This document shows, piece after piece, positions 10,992-20,887 of a stretch of DNA of 47,216 nt. This stretch comes from an uncultured archaeon (lineage in GTDB: Archaea; Asgardarchaeota; Lokiarchaeia; Sigyniarchaeales; SOKP01), in assembly GCA_964525635.1 (NCBI GenBank), contig CAZGJX010000019.1:1-47216 (forward strand). The letters run 5' to 3'. The first letter of the stretch is position 1; every line of letters starts with the position of its first letter. A model generated the notes under the pieces. It did no database searches and was not told the origin of the DNA. It saw only the letters and a program-made list of their open reading frames with translations. A program made the translations under genes and the position numbers.

Positions 10992-12845
10992 ATGACTGAA
11001 AATCAAATTTCTAATAAAGATAAAGATAAACCCATCAGAGCGCCTATAGCTTGTATTCTGGGACACATTGACCATGGAATGAATATTTTATTTTAATATA
11101 TTCACATAAAGACAAGTATCCTAGATTATATTCGAGGTACAGTTGTTCAGCAAAGAGAAGCTGCAGGAATAACTCAACATATTGGAGCTTCTTTTTTTCC
11201 AATTGAAGATATAAAAAAATTCTTAGGTAAATCAAAAAAATCATTTGCAGAAATGGATCTTAACTTACCTGGATTACTGATTGTTGATACACCGGGGCAT
11301 GCGGCATTCATGAATTTGAGAAAAAGAGGTGGTGCTGTAGCTGATATTGCAATACTTGTCGTAGATGTTACTGCTGGAACACAACCTATTACATGGGAAG
11401 CTGTAAGGATTCTAAAAGAAAGAAAAACACCTTTTGTTATTGCTGCGAATAAAATAGATAGAGTTACAGGTTGGAAATCAAATACTGATGCTGATTTTTT
11501 GGATACTTATAAAAAACAAAAAGAACATGTGAGAGAATTTCTTGATGTGGCTCTCTATAAAATGATTGGTGATTTCTTAGAGGAAGGCTTCAAAGGAATA
11601 GATAGATATGATAAAATAAAAGATTTTACAAAAAAGATAGCAATTGTTCCTACAAGTGCTAAAACAGGAGAGGGGATCTCAACATTATTAATGGTACTTA
11701 TGGGTTTGGTTCAACAATATTTAACAACTAATTTACAATTTTCTGAGGGTTCAGCATATGGAGTTGTTCTTGAAGTTAAAAAAGAAAGAGGTTATGGAAA
11801 AACGATAGATGTATTAATTTATAATGGAAATCTTAAAAAAGGTGATGATTTCATTGTAGGAGGTCTTGAAAAACCAATTAAATCAAGAATCAGAGCTTTA
11901 CTAGCACCTAAACCTTTGGATGAAATAAGAGATCCTAGGCAAAAATTTGATTCTGTTGACATGGTAAGTGCAGCTGCAGGAATAAAGATTTTAGCGCCTG
12001 ATATAGAAGATGTTGTTGCGGGGTCTCCCTTTAGAAGTATTGTTGATTCTTCAACTGAAGACACAATTTATAATGAAATTGATGATGAAGTGCAAAGAAT
12101 TAAAATAAAAACGGAAAAGGCAGGTGTCGTTTTAATGGCAGATACATTAGGTTCACTTGAAGCATTAGAAAATCATTTTTCTAAAAACGGTGTTAAAATA
12201 AGTGTAGCAGATGTTGGTCCTATAAAAAAAGAAGATATTATGAATGCTAATATTGTTAAAGAATTCGATCCTTATTCTGCTGCCGTATTAGGATTTAATG
12301 TTCCAATTTTACCTGAAGCAGAAACACAAGCCCATGTTGATAATATAAGGATTTTTACAAATAATGTAATTTATAGGTTATTAGAAGATTTTCTTGAATA
12401 TTCAGAAACTAGAAAAGCAGAAGATACAGCAAAAGAATTAGGTGATTTGATTTTACCAGCAAAGTTGAAGATGTATCCCCAATATGTATTTAGAAATTCC
12501 AATCCTGCTGTTTTCGGAGTTCTTGTGGAGGGAGGTACTCTCAAACCAAAAGTATCTTTAATAACTGATAAGGGTAAAAAAGTGGGTAAAGTTCATCAAT
12601 TACAAGATAAAGGTCAAAATATAAATAAAGCAGATAAAGGAACAGAAGCTGCAATATCTATTAGAGGTATTGAAATTGGGCGTGATATACAAAAAGATGA
12701 AACCTTATTTGTATCTGTACCAGAATCGCATGTAAGACAGTTAAATTTAAAATTTCTAAATGAACTCACTATTGATCAGAAACAAGTCCTAAAGGAATAT
12801 GTTGTACTAAAAAGGAAAATGGAACATGCCTGGTGGGGTATGTAA
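10992..12845 (+). CDS. infB: Translation initiation factor aIF5B/IF-2, split by a 30-nt intervening sequence (607 aa if removed)
   Basis: ATG 10992 MTENQ...RAPIACILGHIDHG; same frame resumes KTSILDYIRGT...GITQHIGASF...DTPGH...NKID. Confidence 0.95.
11080..11109 (+). other. Putative bulge-helix-bulge mRNA intron in infB
   Basis: 30 nt with in-frame TAA (11094-11096), internal stem GAAUAU/AUAUUC, two 3-nt bulges, long exon-exon stem; excision restores GGA AAG ACA. Confidence 0.75.
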
Positions 12846-12900
12846 TTTATTAGTTTTAAATTGAGAAGTAATTCTTAATTCAATAAGAGTTAATTTTATT

Positions 12901-14358
12901 ATGAATACCATAAAAGCGATTTTCTCAGAAGTTTTAGAAAAAATAAGGCCAACTCAAGAAGAAATATTGTTAATAAAAGAGATTGTAGAAAAATTAAAAT
13001 TCTTACTGAATAGAAAAGCTAAAGAATTAAATATTGAATATATTTCTATTGAACCTCAAGGCTCAACTGGTATAAAACAAACACAATTGAGAAATGATTC
13101 TGATATTGATTTATTTATTGGCCTGGATTATAATATATTTAAACCTAATTATGAAGGATTAAGTAAAACTAAAAGAAAACAAAAAATAAAAGAAGATCTT
13201 TTATGGTATTGTAATAATTGGATTATTAAAACTTTAAAAAAAGAGAGAAATTTCAGTAAATTTAATCTATTATATGCAGAACATCCCTATGTTAAATTAG
13301 AATATACTAAAGATAATATTACAATTGATATTGATTTAGTACTCTATTTTGAGCTGGAATTAGAAAATATAAAAAATTATGGTCCGATTACAGCAGTAGA
13401 TAGATCCCCATGGCATGGAAGATTCATAAGAGATAACTTAACAATTGAACAGAAAGATGATGTGAGATTGTTAAAGCAATTTTTTAAATCATGTCATTGT
13501 TATGGTGATAAAAGTCCAGTTGGCCGAGTTGGTTTTATTGGATATAGTTCAGAATTACTTATTTATCATTTTAAAAAAATTTTAGAAGTTTTTAATAATT
13601 TTAGTAATTTGGTTAATAATCCGTTAGATTATTATAGAAGAAATAAAGAAGAACTAGCTAAAATCACACATTTTGATGATGAATTTTTAATAGTTATTGA
13701 TCCTATTGATAGAAATAGAAATGTAGCTTCAGCAATATCAAAAAAAGCATATCAATACTGTAATTATCAAATTTCTCAGTTCTTAAAGAAACCTGAAAAA
13801 AGATATTTTGAAATATCAAAAATACCTGAATTTAACCCAAACGATTTTAAAAACATCATTTCAAATCTATATATTATAGAGTTTAAAGATATTAATGGTA
13901 AAACCCATTATACAGAAATGAGAGATAAATTATACTCTTTTGGCGATTATTTAAGAATTCATGGCGAAAAAGAATTTACACATGAGATTAAATTTGGGAA
14001 AATCATATTTGAAATTTATTTTGAAAATGAACTCAATGAATATAATATTGCTATATTTTGTAAAAAACCTCTTATTTCAAAGAGTTATATTCGTCGAGGA
14101 CCTCCATTAAGCGATAAAAAGCATACTCCTAAGTTTAAAGAAAAAAATCCTAATTATTTTTTAAAAGATGGTTTTTTATGGGTGGAAACTCAACGATCAC
14201 ATTATAATTTTTTAGAATTTTTAAAGATGGGAATAAAAAATAAAATTCCAGATAATTTGAAGGTTACAAATCTCTCAATTTCTAATAATGTGAAAACAGT
14301 ATCTGGTAAAAAAGCTCTTTATATTCTCTGTAATATGGTTTTACCTTTTATTGATTAA
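12901..14358 (+). CDS. cca: Archaeal class I CCA-adding enzyme
   Basis: GS...TQLRNDSDIDLF, YAEHPYV, TAVDRSPWH, VIDPIDRNRNVASA, RGPP. Confidence 0.92.
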   Translation: MNTIKAIFSEVLEKIRPTQEEILLIKEIVEKLKFLLNRKAKELNIEYISIEPQGSTGIKQTQLRNDSDIDLFIGLDYNIFKPNYEGLSKTKRKQKIKEDLLWYCNNWIIKTLKKERNFSKFNLLYAEHPYVKLEYTKDNITIDIDLVLYFELELENIKNYGPITAVDRSPWHGRFIRDNLTIEQKDDVRLLKQFFKSCHCYGDKSPVGRVGFIGYSSELLIYHFKKILEVFNNFSNLVNNPLDYYRRNKEELAKITHFDDEFLIVIDPIDRNRNVASAISKKAYQYCNYQISQFLKKPEKRYFEISKIPEFNPNDFKNIISNLYIIEFKDINGKTHYTEMRDKLYSFGDYLRIHGEKEFTHEIKFGKIIFEIYFENELNEYNIAIFCKKPLISKSYIRRGPPLSDKKHTPKFKEKNPNYFLKDGFLWVETQRSHYNFLEFLKMGIKNKIPDNLKVTNLSISNNVKTVSGKKALYILCNMVLPFID

Positions 14359-14623
14359 TATTAATATTTTATATAGAGATTTTGAGTTCTGCTAAACCAT
14401 AAAGAATAAAAAACAAATAGTTTTAATTAAAAATCACTTATAGATTTTTAATTCACTTTAATTTTCTTAAATTTCTTATGATTTTATTTTTTTTATCTTG
14501 GAATTCATCAATAAAGAATTTTATTAGCGTTATTTGTAATAAAATTTTTATCATTTAGAATATTTATCCATGTAGATTCTATTTATACATTTAAATCAAT
14601 TATAATACTAAAAATGAACTAAA

Positions 14624-16882
14624 ATGGTTAAAGTTAAAAATCCTGAAACGATTCAAAAGGAAATTGCTCAAGGTTCTTATGAAAAAAAACGGATATTCTC
14701 TATCATTGCTCATATTGACCACGGAAAAACAACCGCATCTGATTACTTGCTTAGAAGAGCGGGGTTGATGAGACCTGAAGATGCAGGACAATTGCAGATG
14801 ACGGATTCCGATGACGAAGAGCAACAAAGAGGTATTACAATATTCACTAGCGTTGTTCTCTTATCTTTTCAAGATCCAAGAGACCCTGATGGTGAAGAAT
14901 ATATCTTCCAAATAAATGATACTCCTGGACATATTTCATTTACTGGTGAAGTATCACGCGCTTTAAGGGGCTCTGATGGAGCAATAATCCTTGTTGACGC
15001 ATTAGAAGGAATTATGACTCAAACTGAGACTAATATAAGACTTTCTGTTGGAGAAGAATTATGTAAACCTGTTTTATTTATCAATAAAGTTGATAGATTA
15101 ATAAATGAATTAAGACTTAGTCCAGAAGACACTTATAAAAAAATTGATGAAATCACTAGACAAGTGAATGATTTAATAAAAAAAATTAAACCTGAAGGAG
15201 AAGATTTTAAGGATTGGGGTGTAGATTTTGCTAAAAATAGCGTTGCTGTAGGTTCAGCAAAACATGGATGGGGATTTACATATGAAATTCTTAAACAAAA
15301 AGGATTCACACCAATTACTGTTTTTGAAAAATACACTGAAGGAGATATCGAATGGTTAAGAGAAAATCTTCCATTAGATGAATCTATATTGAGAATGGTT
15401 GTTGATCACTTACCTGATCCTATAACTGCTTCAAAATATAGAATTCCTAAAATTTGGTCAGGTGATCTTAATTCAGAATTAGGTCAAGCATTATTGAAAA
15501 GTGACCCTAATGGACCATTATATGGGATGATTACCAAAATATTTCTTGATCCTGCAAAGAATTTTCAAGCTACCTTGATAGGAAGAGTATTTTCAGGAAC
15601 TTTAGATGAATCAGAGACTCTCTATCTAATCAATAACAGAACATCTAGCAGAATAAAAAGACTTGGTGTAATGGAAATCACTGACATTTTAGATATGAAA
15701 AAAGTCCCTGCAGGTAATCTATTTGCTTTATATGGCTTCATCTGTCCTTCAGGTGAGACCTTTATGAGTAATGAAGCTGTCCCTAAAGATAAAGATGAAA
15801 AGAATAGATTACCATCATTTGAAAAGATCTCATATGCATGTGAAGCTGTTGTTTCACGTTCAATAAAACCCAAAGATGCTCATGACTTAGCAAAACTAGG
15901 AACGGTAGTAAATAAATGGTTACAAGCAGATCCTACTGCAGAATTTCGTTTGGATAAAGAGAGTAAGGAATATATCTTATCTGGAATCGATCCATTACAA
16001 ATAGATATTCTTACAAAGAGAATTAATAGACAGGTATCAATAGATATTGGTGAACCAATAATTGTTTATAGAGAAAAACTTACAAAAAAAGGTCATGAAT
16101 ACCATACTAAATCTGGAAATTCTCATAATAAAATCATTATGTATGTAGAGCCTTTAGATGAAAAAACTGAAAAATTATTAGAACATGGAAAGATTACCGA
16201 TTTAATGGATAACAAGACAAGAGCCCAAATACTTAGAGATGAAGCAGATTGGGATGCAAAAGAAGCTAAAAAAGTAGTAGATGTTTATAATGGAAATCTT
16301 ATAGTAAATGGTACTAAAGGTCTACAAAGATTTGATCGTGTAAAATCTTATTTAACTGCATGTTTTCGAGATTGGGTAGATGCATGTATTTTGGCAAAAG
16401 AACCCGCAATGGGTATTAAGGCAATTTTTACAGATATGGATATACATGAAGATCCAGCTCATACGGGATATGGTCAAATTGCTCAAATGGTTAGTGCTGC
16501 TCTATCACTTTCAATGCTTGAAGCGGCCCCTCATTTATTTGAACCAATCCAAAGAATAGATGTTAAAACACCTCAAGGTACAGAACCAGGGGTTCTCGCT
16601 ATAATTAATAAACATAGAGGAAGAGTGAATAACGTAAAACCTGAAGGTGAATATGTAAGAGTGGAAGGACAGTTACCTGCTGGCGAAACTATTGGAATTG
16701 CAGATGAAATTAGAAGTACAACTCAAGGAAGAGCTTTTTTTGGTTATGAATTCTCTGGATTTGAACAAGTACCTCGAAGTTTAGAAGAAAGCTTAATTTT
16801 AGAAATAAGAAAAAGAAAAAGCATGAAAGAAGAAATTCCAACTGCTAAGTCCTGGGAGAGATACATTTATAAAAGGAGTTAA
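14624..16882 (+). CDS. Elongation factor 2 family GTPase, probably the Asgard paralog aEF-2p
   Basis: AHIDHGKTT, RGITI, DTPGH, NKVD; diphthamide loop reads HTG rather than HRG; not in a ribosomal protein operon. Confidence 0.85.
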   Translation: MVKVKNPETIQKEIAQGSYEKKRIFSIIAHIDHGKTTASDYLLRRAGLMRPEDAGQLQMTDSDDEEQQRGITIFTSVVLLSFQDPRDPDGEEYIFQINDTPGHISFTGEVSRALRGSDGAIILVDALEGIMTQTETNIRLSVGEELCKPVLFINKVDRLINELRLSPEDTYKKIDEITRQVNDLIKKIKPEGEDFKDWGVDFAKNSVAVGSAKHGWGFTYEILKQKGFTPITVFEKYTEGDIEWLRENLPLDESILRMVVDHLPDPITASKYRIPKIWSGDLNSELGQALLKSDPNGPLYGMITKIFLDPAKNFQATLIGRVFSGTLDESETLYLINNRTSSRIKRLGVMEITDILDMKKVPAGNLFALYGFICPSGETFMSNEAVPKDKDEKNRLPSFEKISYACEAVVSRSIKPKDAHDLAKLGTVVNKWLQADPTAEFRLDKESKEYILSGIDPLQIDILTKRINRQVSIDIGEPIIVYREKLTKKGHEYHTKSGNSHNKIIMYVEPLDEKTEKLLEHGKITDLMDNKTRAQILRDEADWDAKEAKKVVDVYNGNLIVNGTKGLQRFDRVKSYLTACFRDWVDACILAKEPAMGIKAIFTDMDIHEDPAHTGYGQIAQMVSAALSLSMLEAAPHLFEPIQRIDVKTPQGTEPGVLAIINKHRGRVNNVKPEGEYVRVEGQLPAGETIGIADEIRSTTQGRAFFGYEFSGFEQVPRSLEESLILEIRKRKSMKEEIPTAKSWERYIYKRS

Positions 16883-17275
16883 ATTTTCTTATATTCTTGA
16901 TTTTATTTCTTATACTTTATTTTCTATAATTTTTTTCTTTAATGAAATACTGATCATCTTTTAATATAAATTGAGAAATTTCAAATAATTTAAATTAACA
17001 TATTATTATTTTTTTTAAATCTTATAAATTACAGTATTTAAGATGTAAAAAATCAAAGAGAGTGAAAAAATTTTAATATTAATACATTTTAATTTTCATT
17101 TGCATTAGAACTCTTTAAAATTACATATTTTGCTCATTTGTGGATTTATCTTATTCATTTTTTTTAATGATAATTTTAAATAAAAAACACCTTTATATAA
17201 GATAATATTACCAATGGATCAATTGAAAAATTAATTTTTCAATAATTAAGATTTTCCTATTTTCAATAAAGAGTA

Positions 17276-18406
17276 TTGATTAGAGTGACATATAATAAAA
17301 AAATATCCAAAACATTACGAAAACATACTATTATTCTGATAGTATTGATAATTTCTCCATTAGTTTTTTTTACTGTCTCGGCTTTAAATTCAGTAAAGGA
17401 AAATAATATTGAAAATAAAGAAGATCCTAATAATTTTATAAATCAGCTTTTAGAGGATATAGATTATAAGAATCAATTTGGGACTTACGGCTATTATAAT
17501 ATTGAAATTACTATATATTCAAGAACAGGAGAATTATTAAATATATTAGAAGAATATAAATCTCAATTATATGGCTATTTTGGGACATCTTCTCTTAAGA
17601 ATGAATCTTTAGATTTTCAAATTTTAGGTTTAAGTCTTTTCTTATTATTAAGTTCAATCACATCAGTATTAATTTCAAAAAAAGGGATAAAAAAATCAAA
17701 TTCAGAGAATATTGGAGAATCTGGATTAGATAAGAAAATAGATATAAATAATTTTCATGAAATAGAAGAAATAATCATTGATTTAATTCAGGAATATTTA
17801 GAAATGAACAAATGTTTCAATAAAGAAAGGATCATTCCTTTTCTTATTGGAAGAATAAGTAAAATGGATACTAATCTCAATACTAATGGAATTAAGACAG
17901 TAGTAGAATCATTGGAAGAAAAAAAAGTAGTTATTCAAGGTTCTAAATTAATAAAACAAAATGTCTTAAATAATTCTAATCGCTACATGATATATAGGTT
18001 TGTTAACGAAAATCCTGGTACATATCTTAATCAAATTATAACCGGTTTAAATTTAAATATATTCATAATAAAATGGCACCTAGATATATTGATTAGATTT
18101 AATTTCATCAGAGAAAAGCTAATAAATAATCAAAAAGTTTACTACGATTCAAAATTAAATTCTAAATTTGAAGAATTTTATTATTTAATATCAAATAGGA
18201 AATGTATTAAAATTATAAAATATCTTAAATCTAATGATCAAGGAAATACAATATATGAGATATCTAAGACCCTTGGAATGCATTTTAACACAGTTAAGAA
18301 ATATTTAAATGAATTAGATAAAAATAATTTACTATTAAGCAAAAAATTCTCAAATAAAACACTGTATTTTCTAAATGGATTTTTGTTTGACCAATTAAAT
18401 ATTTAA
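17276..18406 (+). CDS. Membrane-anchored protein with C-terminal tandem winged-HTH domains
   Basis: Two hydrophobic segments; NSNRYMIYRFVNENPG...WHLDIL; second HTH TIYEISKTLGMHFNTVKKYL. Confidence 0.7.
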   Translation: MIRVTYNKKISKTLRKHTIILIVLIISPLVFFTVSALNSVKENNIENKEDPNNFINQLLEDIDYKNQFGTYGYYNIEITIYSRTGELLNILEEYKSQLYGYFGTSSLKNESLDFQILGLSLFLLLSSITSVLISKKGIKKSNSENIGESGLDKKIDINNFHEIEEIIIDLIQEYLEMNKCFNKERIIPFLIGRISKMDTNLNTNGIKTVVESLEEKKVVIQGSKLIKQNVLNNSNRYMIYRFVNENPGTYLNQIITGLNLNIFIIKWHLDILIRFNFIREKLINNQKVYYDSKLNSKFEEFYYLISNRKCIKIIKYLKSNDQGNTIYEISKTLGMHFNTVKKYLNELDKNNLLLSKKFSNKTLYFLNGFLFDQLNI

Positions 18407-18475
18407 TTCTTTAATTTTAATTTCTTTTTTATTTTATAGGAGTCTTCAATAGAGGGAATTTTCAAGTTTATATAA

Positions 18476-18716
18476 TTGACCAAAAATTAAAAATCTCCAA
18501 ATTTACCCCAACGGAATTCCTAATTATTCCTAATCGAATTTCGTCGTATTTAAAATAATGATCTAAATTGATCAAAATAGCAATATTTTTATCAAAAAGG
18601 AATAAAAACTCGATTTTTATCAAAAAAATAATCTCTCTAATTCAATGACATAAAAGAATTTGGGATAATTAGGAACTTAGTCGGTTTTAAATTAGAAATA
18701 TTTTGATTTCAGTCAA
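18476..18716. repeat. MITE-like element or long imperfect palindrome
   Basis: ~58-bp imperfect inverted repeats (TTGAC...TTCCTAATTAT / ATAATTAGGAA...GTCAA); internal direct repeat ATTTTTATCAAAAA. Confidence 0.55.
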
Positions 18717-18758
18717 ATTTAAAAAATTAAAAATACCCTCAATAAGGATAAGATAATA

Positions 18759-19469
18759 TTAAAAATTGAATAATTGTTTTAATTCCTCCGTATTGTTAAC
18801 AAGATAATTTGGACTTTTTTTTTGAAGATCAGTTTTTTTAGCTAAACCACTTGCTACACATACCATAGTAACTTCTGCAGCTTTACCTGCTTGAACATCA
18901 GTTGTCATGTCACCAATAAAAATGACCTCATCAGGATCTAGATCCCAAGTTCGTACTATTTTTACTATACCTTCTGGACTTGGTTTAACTTCAGACACTT
19001 CATTAAATCCTACAATCGTTTTAAAATATTTTATTAAATTATATTTTTTTAATACTTCTTCAGCATAAGCTTTTTGATTGTTTGTAAGAATTGCAAGATT
19101 TAGTTTTTTCTTATTCATATTATCTATTATATCATATATTCCATCAAATAAACCAGATTCCCCACGATATTCGTTAAACTGATTAAAAAGGAAAACGGCT
19201 ATCCTTATTTTTTTCATAAAACTCATTCCTTCTAAAAAATCAAGCTTTAATAAATTATACGCGTTTAATATAATCTTTGGAACTGGATAGTGTTGTATTT
19301 CTTCAATTAAATGGGCAATTTCTTCTAAAATACTATTACTATCTATAGTTAAATTATATTTGTTAATAATATCTTCTACAGCTTTTTTGATGGCATCAAT
19401 TATATTATAGATAACTCCATCTAAATCAAAAATTATCCCTTTATAATTATCCAAATTTATTTTTTCCAT
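18759..19469 (-). CDS. HAD-superfamily phosphatase (phosphoglycolate phosphatase-like)
   Basis: FDLDG, ILTNN, KPSP, IGDMTTD. Confidence 0.9.
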   Translation of the reverse strand: MEKINLDNYKGIIFDLDGVIYNIIDAIKKAVEDIINKYNLTIDSNSILEEIAHLIEEIQHYPVPKIILNAYNLLKLDFLEGMSFMKKIRIAVFLFNQFNEYRGESGLFDGIYDIIDNMNKKKLNLAILTNNQKAYAEEVLKKYNLIKYFKTIVGFNEVSEVKPSPEGIVKIVRTWDLDPDEVIFIGDMTTDVQAGKAAEVTMVCVASGLAKKTDLQKKSPNYLVNNTEELKQLFNF

Positions 19470-19582
19470 CTTATCATGAGTAAATGTTCAAATTAATTTT
19501 AATTATTTTATTTTTATAATATTATTTAGGAGATTAAAAATGAATATAATTATCTCAATAATATTTTGAGAAGATAAAATTT

Positions 19583-20467
19583 ATGTCAGATAAAAAGGAA
19601 AATGTTGTAAATGATCAAGAGAAGGAAGAGGAGGATCAGCAAAATGAAGAAAATCAGGGAACTGATGATTTTCAAGAATATATGAAAGAAATGGAGCTAC
19701 TTAAATCGGATTTCTCTGATCTAGAAGAATTAGATTTAGAAGAGATTCAAGAAATGCGAGATGCAATTATGGAAGTTAAAGAGATCGAAGATGATATTGT
19801 AGAAAATAATGAAGTTATAGAAGAACCTACTTTATCAGAAGAATTACAAGAAAAAGAAGCTATGATGATTGATTTTTCAGACTTAGGAAAGACAGATTTG
19901 AGTGAATTAATTGAAATGAAACAAGCGATCGAAACTGTTAAACAAGAGACAATGTCCTCAAAAGGTCAGAGATTGGAATCTGATCAAACTAGAGGCATTT
20001 CGGATGAATTAGAGAAGAAAATTCAGCAAGAACTTTCTAAAAAAAAGAAGAAAGAAAAAAAAACTATTATTACCGAAGAGGATTTTTTAAAATATGCTGA
20101 GAAGAGACGTGATAAAGTTTGGTACCATGCACTCTACTATATAACATTTAAAGTAGAGGATCATACTGCTAGTAAATACCTTCTTTATGATGTATTAAAA
20201 CAAGATACTAGTAAAAGTCCCATTGATCCTATTCCAGAGCATCAATTTTATTTTGGATTAGGTTATCTTCTCAGGTTAAGTATAAATAATACCCAAATTG
20301 TTCGATACTTAAGCGGAGGAAAATTTAAAATAAATATAGATATTAAAATAATAAAAAAAATTCTGGAAGATTCTGGAGAACCTATTATAACTAAACCTGT
20401 AATAGAAAACGGTTTACAAAAGACGATGTTCAAAGACTTCCTCAATGATGATTTTTCAGACATTTGA
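19583..20467 (+). CDS. Hypothetical protein with acidic N-terminus and duplicated helical motif
   Basis: 294-aa ORF; DFSDL..xDL.E..EM..AI..VK occurs twice. Confidence 0.7.
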   Translation: MSDKKENVVNDQEKEEEDQQNEENQGTDDFQEYMKEMELLKSDFSDLEELDLEEIQEMRDAIMEVKEIEDDIVENNEVIEEPTLSEELQEKEAMMIDFSDLGKTDLSELIEMKQAIETVKQETMSSKGQRLESDQTRGISDELEKKIQQELSKKKKKEKKTIITEEDFLKYAEKRRDKVWYHALYYITFKVEDHTASKYLLYDVLKQDTSKSPIDPIPEHQFYFGLGYLLRLSINNTQIVRYLSGGKFKINIDIKIIKKILEDSGEPIITKPVIENGLQKTMFKDFLNDDFSDI

Positions 20468-20581
20468 AATTTTTATTAATTAGATTTCACGAACTTTAAA
20501 TTAAACCGACAGACTCCCTCTTTATTAATTATTTAAAAATCTATAAAAGTATAATTTAATCTAAAAACTGTGTTTTTAATT

Positions 20582-20767
20582 ATGCTTTGGATAAATAAAT
20601 ATCATTTATGTTTAGAATGTGATCAAGAATTTGAAAATGAATTAAATTTAGCAATCTGCCCAGATTGTTTGAAAAAAGAAAAAGATAATTATAAAAAAGG
20701 GATTCCTTCTAAATTTGAAACTGTAAATAATTACTTAAGGAAATTAATTCTAAAAAACGCCAAGTGA
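20582..20767 (+). CDS. Small zinc-finger protein
   Basis: CLEC...CPDC; ATG 20582 preferred over GTG 20570. Confidence 0.6.
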   Translation: MLWINKYHLCLECDQEFENELNLAICPDCLKKEKDNYKKGIPSKFETVNNYLRKLILKNAK

Positions 20768-20887
20768 TAATTCTTTTTTCATAATTCACTTTTTATTTTA
20801 ATAAAAATTAAATTTTGATATTTTTCCATACTTACAACAAGCAATTAAACTAAAATTCTTATTCAAAAATGGATTATATAAAATAAT

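Noticed and set aside
11079-11108. Mini-intein or ribosomal bypass in infB
   Set aside because: Contains a stop, is far too short, lacks intein termini, and has no matching GGA landing codon.
18476-18716. Replication origin or CRISPR array
   Set aside because: No ORB consensus or adjacent cdc6/orc1; no regularly spaced repeats or cas genes.
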